The notes beneath the pieces were generated by a model. That model was not told the DNA's origin. It worked only from the letters and a program-made list of their open reading frames with translations, and ran no database searches. This document shows, piece by piece, positions 58,398-64,000 of a stretch of 64,000 nt of DNA. The number at the start of each line of letters is the position of its first letter. The stretch's first letter is position 1. Location: assembly GCA_963677485.1 (NCBI GenBank), contig OY781964.1:2784001-2848000 (forward strand), written 5' to 3'. A program made the position numbers and the translations under genes. Origin of the DNA: Armatimonadota bacterium. Its GTDB lineage: Bacteria; Armatimonadota; HRBIN16.

Positions 58398-61193
58398 CTA
58401 CCTCCCAACAGCCCCGCGATATGCCCGCATCACGCGGCCGGTCTCGTCGAGCTTCGCAGTGCCCTGGCCCTTGTCGGGTATCAGCCAGCCGCCCTCGTCG
58501 ATCTCGTTCCAGGCATACCACAGCATCGTCCTGGCCTCGGCGGATTTCGGGTTGGCGTCGATCCACTTGAGGGCGGATTGCAGATGTGCCGCAATCTCGC
58601 CCGGTTTGGGCTGAAGCTTATCACCCGAGCCGTCTCGCGGACCACCCCAGCCGGCGCTGAGGTTGGGTATCACTTTAACACCCGTTGCTTTCATGGCATC
58701 CCAGAAGCGCACATGCGCCGCACACAGACCGGCGTAGTCGGGCCCACCCCAACTGGTATACGCGCTGATGGCGTCCAGACCGCCGTCCGTAGCGATCGAA
58801 GCACCGCCCTCCGGTGTCTGCGCCAGCGCGACTAGGTAGGGGTTCGGCAGACCAGCCTCCATCACGCGCTTGCGAAGAGCATCCAGCCAGCCACGGCCGT
58901 TCTCCGCTGTATCAAAGAAGGAGACCTTGGTGCCGCCGCCCAGACGCTCATCGGGGTTCCAAAACATCAGGTAGAGCAGCGGCCGACCGCCAACCACGGT
59001 TTGATAGTTCGGCTGCTTCATCAAGCCAATCAACTCTTGCGTCCGCTTGTCGTTGGGGTTGCGAGGGTCGGTCTTGTTCAGCAGATAGGCGTGACCGGGG
59101 CTGTCCAGCATACAGAATTTCACATCATCCTTGTGCTTGCTGGCTAGGTAGAGCTCTCTCGCCCGGATCATTTTGTCGTGCCGGAAGCCGTCCTCACGCA
59201 CATCCGGGTAGTGGAAGGGGAACACAAAGTAGTCCACACCACCGTTTTTGGCGTAGGCGATTTCCTGGTCGACCACTTTCTGCGTGTCACCGTATATCTG
59301 CACCTTCGTGTCGGAGAGCACTTTGGCGTAGAATGGCAGCCGTCCGTGCCAGCGTTTGTCGGCCAGATTGTCTGCATAGGGGTTGAACGGATCGGTGAAC
59401 CAGGCATCCCAGCGGATGACACCCATCGTCACGCCCACGGTGTCAATCCGTTCGTCCTTGATGCGCAGCCCCGTTTGTTTCACAACCAGGCCGTCCTTTC
59501 CGGCAGGCACCAGACTTCCCACCCGCATGTCGAGTTTATAAAGCGGATCTTGCACTTTCAGCCCGTCCACCGTCACACCGGAGCAGTAGTCCACATCCAC
59601 GGCCGTGGCGGCTCCTGCGAAGAAATAGTGCGTAACGCGGCGCTTGTCCCGATCGCCCAGCAACCTGTTGTTCTCCAGCACCACCCCCGCCACGCCTCTG
59701 AGCATAATCGCGGGAGCGGTCAGGTTCTCGAAGCGGTTATCGCGGATCGTCAGGTTGCGCATCACGATCTTACCCAGGTTCTCCGGTCCGTCGATGGGAT
59801 CACCAGCGCTGACCCGCACGGTGATGGAGGCCAGAGATCCGCCCATGCCTGCGAACCGGTTGTTGGCGATCAGCAGGTTCTGCGGAGGCGGCCCCTCGCC
59901 CCAGATGCGCTCACCAAACCCCAGGTCGATGCCCCACCCCTCGTTGTTATCAAACAGGTTCCGCTCAATCACCCCGCCGATGGAACTGGCGAGAATTCCA
60001 CGTCCGCGGAACGCCTTGAAGTGGCAGTTGCGCACGATGAACGGCGTCTTCGACTCGGGCAGGTTGTAGATCCGACCGCCATCGGCGAAGGAGCTGCCAC
60101 CCACCATACCCTCCACAGGTTCCGTAAAGCGCACGCGGGTCAGTGCGGCGACCGGATCAGCGGAGGCGACGGTGACACGCGCTTTCTCCTTCAGCGTGCG
60201 GCCATCGTAGATGATCATCTTCATGCCCGGTTTGGGCTCGTAGTTCAGGCGCGAGATCGCCACCTCGGTCGGTGAAATCACCTGGTTGAGCAGCAGCGTG
60301 GTGCCGCGCACGTTGATGGCGTCGTCCGCCATGCCCTCAAATGAGCAGCGCTCGATCCGAAGCACACCGCGGTTGCCAGGCGCATGCACGCCGTCGGCAT
60401 TGGTGGAGATCAGGCGGCCTTTCCCAACCTTCACATGGCAGTCAAGATAGGATATGTTGCCGTCGTTGTTGGTCGGATAGAAGCAAAGCGCAGGGGACGA
60501 CAGAATATCCACACGCTCCGCCCTGGCGTCCGTACACTCCGAGAAGCAGACGCCGGAACCCGAGTATGACCGCGTGAGGTGGACATATCCTGCACCGGGG
60601 GTGATCGTCGGACGGAACCAAGCCGGCACATCGCTCAGCTTGCTCACACGCCAACGCCGGCCCGTGAGGTGCTTCATCGTCACGCCTTGAATCACACCAG
60701 GACCATACCGTGTCACCCCATATTCCGCATCGGGCTTCACCGTCATGGCGAACTGCAGCCGCGCCTTGGTGAACGCCTCATGGGTGAAGTCCATCGATGC
60801 CGAATCCAGCTCCAGATCGTAGCTATCGCCTTTTTCGTCCACACTCACCACCGTGCCGAAGGCGTAGGGAACCGGCTCCCAGTCGATCTGCAGATCGCGG
60901 ATGACGACGTTGCGGCATTTCTCAAACGCCACTCCGCCAGCCAACGGGTTGGTGAAGACCAGCGTGGTGGCCTCGCCCGCGCCGCGCAGTGTGATATTTG
61001 AGCCATTTCGGATGAACAGCGACCCCATCTCGAAGTTCACCTCATCGGGTAAAGGCGCCACGCGGTATTTGCGGGCGCCAAACACCACCTCAGAGGCCTT
61101 TTTGGACTCGAGTGCGGCCTCAATCGCCTTGCGGATCGCCGCTCCGTCATCGCCAGTTGTCCCCTGCTTGAAATCATCTACGAAAAACCGCAT
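58398..61193 (-). CDS. Fusion: GH110-like beta-helix domain + C-terminal GH99/WbsX-like TIM barrel
   Basis: STNADGVH...FEGMADDAINV and RGRGIL in the beta-helix; then GVIRWDAW, DQEIAYAKNGGVDYF, GRPLLY and YAWNEIDEGGWLIP. Confidence 0.72.
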   Translation of the reverse strand: MRFFVDDFKQGTTGDDGAAIRKAIEAALESKKASEVVFGARKYRVAPLPDEVNFEMGSLFIRNGSNITLRGAGEATTLVFTNPLAGGVAFEKCRNVVIRDLQIDWEPVPYAFGTVVSVDEKGDSYDLELDSASMDFTHEAFTKARLQFAMTVKPDAEYGVTRYGPGVIQGVTMKHLTGRRWRVSKLSDVPAWFRPTITPGAGYVHLTRSYSGSGVCFSECTDARAERVDILSSPALCFYPTNNDGNISYLDCHVKVGKGRLISTNADGVHAPGNRGVLRIERCSFEGMADDAINVRGTTLLLNQVISPTEVAISRLNYEPKPGMKMIIYDGRTLKEKARVTVASADPVAALTRVRFTEPVEGMVGGSSFADGGRIYNLPESKTPFIVRNCHFKAFRGRGILASSIGGVIERNLFDNNEGWGIDLGFGERIWGEGPPPQNLLIANNRFAGMGGSLASITVRVSAGDPIDGPENLGKIVMRNLTIRDNRFENLTAPAIMLRGVAGVVLENNRLLGDRDKRRVTHYFFAGAATAVDVDYCSGVTVDGLKVQDPLYKLDMRVGSLVPAGKDGLVVKQTGLRIKDERIDTVGVTMGVIRWDAWFTDPFNPYADNLADKRWHGRLPFYAKVLSDTKVQIYGDTQKVVDQEIAYAKNGGVDYFVFPFHYPDVREDGFRHDKMIRARELYLASKHKDDVKFCMLDSPGHAYLLNKTDPRNPNDKRTQELIGLMKQPNYQTVVGGRPLLYLMFWNPDERLGGGTKVSFFDTAENGRGWLDALRKRVMEAGLPNPYLVALAQTPEGGASIATDGGLDAISAYTSWGGPDYAGLCAAHVRFWDAMKATGVKVIPNLSAGWGGPRDGSGDKLQPKPGEIAAHLQSALKWIDANPKSAEARTMLWYAWNEIDEGGWLIPDKGQGTAKLDETGRVMRAYRGAVGR

Positions 61194-61211
61194 GTGACTG
61201 TTAACCTCGAT

Positions 61212-63407
61212 TCACAATGAGCGCGTGGTGAAGAACACCCGCGTGTCCTTCTTGGCTATATTGACCGTGAAGCGGTCTGTGACCCCGAGATCACGCGCTT
61301 CGTAGGCATCATAAACGCGACGTTTCTCCGGCAGACGGATCTCACGCTCACCAGCCTCGTTCACCGAAATGGTGAACACCTCTTTAGTGGCCCAGAGCGC
61401 ATCGCCAGCCTTCGCGTACAGATGGATGCCCGCCTGTGAAGCGATTGCCCGGATCAGCTCCTCCGGTATCAACGGCGACGAGGAGTATATCGACGTCCAG
61501 TTGCTGTGCCGTTTAACGACCAGCCCTGGCCGACCATCGTCCAGACGGCCCAGCACCGTCGCCGCAGGATCGTCAGCGATAAACACGGGGTCCACTTTCC
61601 GCATGGTTCCGTAGCCGAGGCCGTTCAAGCTGGAATAGGCCGGGTCATCGTTCTTGATCGTGATGTGCAGGTTCGCCGATGGCCCACCCCGCTTGATCTC
61701 GATGCCCGTCATCGCGCGCATGGCGCCCATATCGATCGCGCCGTTCCGATAAACCCCAGGGGCATACAGGAAGATCAGGATGTTGCCGTCGCGCTTGAGC
61801 GCATCGATCTGCCGACGCTCAGCTTCGGTCGGTGCCATCACATTCGCGAAGTGGAACACCTTATGTTTTCGGATTTTATCCAGGTCAGATAGTGAGTAGG
61901 CTCCAGACGCCCCGCCATAACGGACAAGTGCCGGCAACTGCATCATCAGCAGTTCGCGCCCCATCAAGTCGCCGATTCCATGGTAGAACACGCTCTTCGG
62001 ATCGACTACAAAAGCTACTTTGTCGACAGGCGACCGGTCGCAGGTCTGCGCCCGTTGCGCGAGAGATGTCAGCTTGGCGATCTCTTTTTGAAGCAGCGGG
62101 TGCTCATAGTTGATGTTGCCCACGTTGAACCAACCCTGCATGATGCCGTTTGCCATGATCCAGCCCTGCGCGCGGCGCTGCTGCAGGGAGTCCTCATCAA
62201 CGCCTGAAGCCTCGCTGTAGCCCTTCTCTGTGATAGAGGTGACGAAGTCGGTCTCGTTGATCCAGCCCTTCCCATGCAGCGCGACGCTGCCCGGTAATGA
62301 CATCGTGGCGGGGGTGCCCACGCCGAGTGCGCGGAACTCCCAATACAACGCCGGGCTATACAGGAAGTCGATGTTCGGGCTGTGCAGCAGCCGATCGAGG
62401 TCGTGGTGACCGGAGTTTTGCTGCCGAGGTTCACCCGCCAGGCCGACTACATAGCCACATGCCGCACCGACGAGTTTACTGCCGCCGGAGGCTTTCTTGA
62501 CCTCCTTCGCCAGGCACTCGATGGTGTCTGCCGTCATCCACGAGTTGTAGATGAGGTAGTCGATCGTCCACTGCTCCTTCGCGGGGTCGCGCAATTGGCC
62601 GAATTCCGTCTTTTTGCGGACGATCGAGGGCGGAGGGACAGCGGTTTCGAAAGTCACAGAAGGCTGCCGCCAGGCGGTCTGGAGGGCCCTGTCGCTGCGG
62701 TATTTCGTGCTTAACCACTTCCGAAAGAGCAGGGTGTTGGCCTTGCAGAAGTCCGTAGTGATGTCAGCGGCATCACTCTGCCACATGAACCATTCCTGGC
62801 TGGACCCGCTAGCTAGGTGGAAGCCGATCACACGGTCGGCATAGGGTGACTGTTCGATGTGCTTCACCAGCTCGCGGAGTGCCTTGCAGGTGTCGGTCCG
62901 CCACGCCTCAGATGCCCAACTGGGCATCGGCTTCGTCATGGACGAGTTCAACGCGAAGCCGGCATTCACCAGCCCATCGACATAGCTTTGCGATGGCATC
63001 AGCTTGCGGCTGCCGTCGTCCGCCTCGTAGATCGAGAGATCGTCAGGGTGCGAGTCCAGCCACCAGTCGGGTGCCCGGATATCCAGCCGCGGCAGGATGT
63101 AGGCCTCGGGGTCAGCTTTCAGCACCCCCGCCACCATATCGTCAAAACTCGTGTAGTCGAACTTGTCCGGTGCCGACCAAAGCTGCCCGCCAAACCCCTC
63201 CCAGAACGGCGCCGAGGCTGTGTTCGTGAAGTCAAACAGCTTCACCCCCGCCTTGGAGAAGTAGCGGATGTATTCCGGCGAGTTGCCGTAGTAGATGCAC
63301 ATCGTGCCCGGGTGCGGCTTGCCGTTGATGGTGAGCGTCGGCACGCCGTGGTATTTCACGAACTTCACAGCGGCGGGTTTCTTGCTGGTAGGTCTGGCAT
63401 TGCTCAT
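61212..63407 (-). CDS. GH42-like beta-galactosidase-type protein (cytoplasmic paralogue)
   Basis: PDWWLDSHPD, SWASEAWR, RVIGFHLASGSSQEWF and FRKWL..KY.....LQ.AW; ATG 63407 (ORF track 63473). Confidence 0.75.
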   Translation of the reverse strand: MSNARPTSKKPAAVKFVKYHGVPTLTINGKPHPGTMCIYYGNSPEYIRYFSKAGVKLFDFTNTASAPFWEGFGGQLWSAPDKFDYTSFDDMVAGVLKADPEAYILPRLDIRAPDWWLDSHPDDLSIYEADDGSRKLMPSQSYVDGLVNAGFALNSSMTKPMPSWASEAWRTDTCKALRELVKHIEQSPYADRVIGFHLASGSSQEWFMWQSDAADITTDFCKANTLLFRKWLSTKYRSDRALQTAWRQPSVTFETAVPPPSIVRKKTEFGQLRDPAKEQWTIDYLIYNSWMTADTIECLAKEVKKASGGSKLVGAACGYVVGLAGEPRQQNSGHHDLDRLLHSPNIDFLYSPALYWEFRALGVGTPATMSLPGSVALHGKGWINETDFVTSITEKGYSEASGVDEDSLQQRRAQGWIMANGIMQGWFNVGNINYEHPLLQKEIAKLTSLAQRAQTCDRSPVDKVAFVVDPKSVFYHGIGDLMGRELLMMQLPALVRYGGASGAYSLSDLDKIRKHKVFHFANVMAPTEAERRQIDALKRDGNILIFLYAPGVYRNGAIDMGAMRAMTGIEIKRGGPSANLHITIKNDDPAYSSLNGLGYGTMRKVDPVFIADDPAATVLGRLDDGRPGLVVKRHSNWTSIYSSSPLIPEELIRAIASQAGIHLYAKAGDALWATKEVFTISVNEAGEREIRLPEKRRVYDAYEARDLGVTDRFTVNIAKKDTRVFFTTRSL

Positions 63408-63491
63408 CGGAGTGGGCTTCCTTTCGGATGGTGGTCTTATGTGTATTATGGTGCATCTCTCGTGCTGGCGCAAAGGGGGGAGGGAATGGCC

Positions 63492-63590
63492 TCACGCGGA
63501 GACGCGGAGGGCGCGGAGGGGGAGAGGGGAGCACGAGGGGAACGAAATTAACTCACGCGAAGACGCGAAGGCGCGAAGGCGCGAAGGGGA
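63492..63590. repeat. Triplet repeat modules
   Basis: TCACGCGGAGACGCGGAGGGCGCGGAGGGG (also at 56117-56146) and TCACGCGAAGACGCGAAGGCGCGAAGGCGCGAAGGGG. Confidence 0.8.
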
Positions 63591-63690
63591 AGCCGTTGCA
63601 GACTGAACAGCCCTGACCGGGGCTGTCGTACATAAGGATTGCGGTTGCAGATGGCGATCACTCTTGCCGGTCTGGCAGGCGCGGGGCCTT

Positions 63691-63972
63691 CCCACGCCCG
63701 CCGGAACGCGGGCCGGTAATGATCAGCGATGGGTGACAGTGCCCGTACCGGGACGAAGTCACGGACGGGCCACGGAACCCGTCGCCAAGTGCCGGTAGTG
63801 TGCATCGCAGGTGATCAGCCACGCTGCCGTGGGTTTAGTCACCCACACGACTACGTTCCGGGAGCTGGCACCCCGGAACTGCGTCCTGTGCGGGTTCCTG
63901 CACCGCACGGCTGATCAGTATCGGCCGGCGTCGCTTCGCTCCTCCCGGCGCAGGGATGCCCATGTCACCCAT
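63691..63972. ncRNA. Candidate structured non-coding element (RNA or ssDNA hairpin element)
   Basis: Nested stems 63729-63738/63963-63972 and 63812-63820/63909-63917 enclose three hairpins; partial homologues at 1993-2045 and 23331-23460. Confidence 0.4.
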
Positions 63973-64000
63973 TGGTCACTACGAATGACCATCGCCAGTG

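Noticed and set aside
63870-63917. Group II intron domain V (minus strand AGCCGTGCGGTG...CCGCAC)
   Set aside because: Stem geometry and bulge do not fit domain V, there is no domain VI/AY end, and no RT gene is in the window.

Overview
This 64 kb bacterial chromosomal window is mostly GC-rich. Its gene content suggests an Armatimonadota-like, polysaccharide-degrading anaerobe or facultative organism; that assignment is an inference. Core-type genes are proS, rex-adhE, an M16 peptidase pair, a DprE1/DprE2-like pair and a TetR-regulated EmrAB-TolC pump. There are many CAZymes: GH2, three GH42-like paralogues, GH127, GH116, beta-helix proteins, an SGNH esterase, a sulfatase and a BNR/sialidase-like protein. 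Lower-GC accessory genes are interspersed: a DUF6978 + DUF1828/1829-like pair, a Fic protein, a radical SAM pair, a DUF4209/HEPN-like protein, an ECF sigma locus and membrane proteins. The most unusual items are: (1) a ~1.65 kb element encoding a non-DDE, non-HUH protein with Rep_trans-like motifs, bounded by a TAAG direct repeat and a small hairpin and lying between tetR and its efflux operon; (2) a shuffled mosaic of non-palindromic 9-10 bp triplet repeat modules plus several REP/MITE families in many intergenic gaps, often next to accessory genes; (3) a multibranched structured non-coding element at the right end with partial homologues elsewhere in the window; (4) an exact 12-bp periodic array upstream of the Fic gene; and (5) REP palindromes apparently inserted in frame into a signal peptide. 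No rRNA, tRNA or CRISPR array was seen. All family assignments come from reading motifs by eye; no searches were run.
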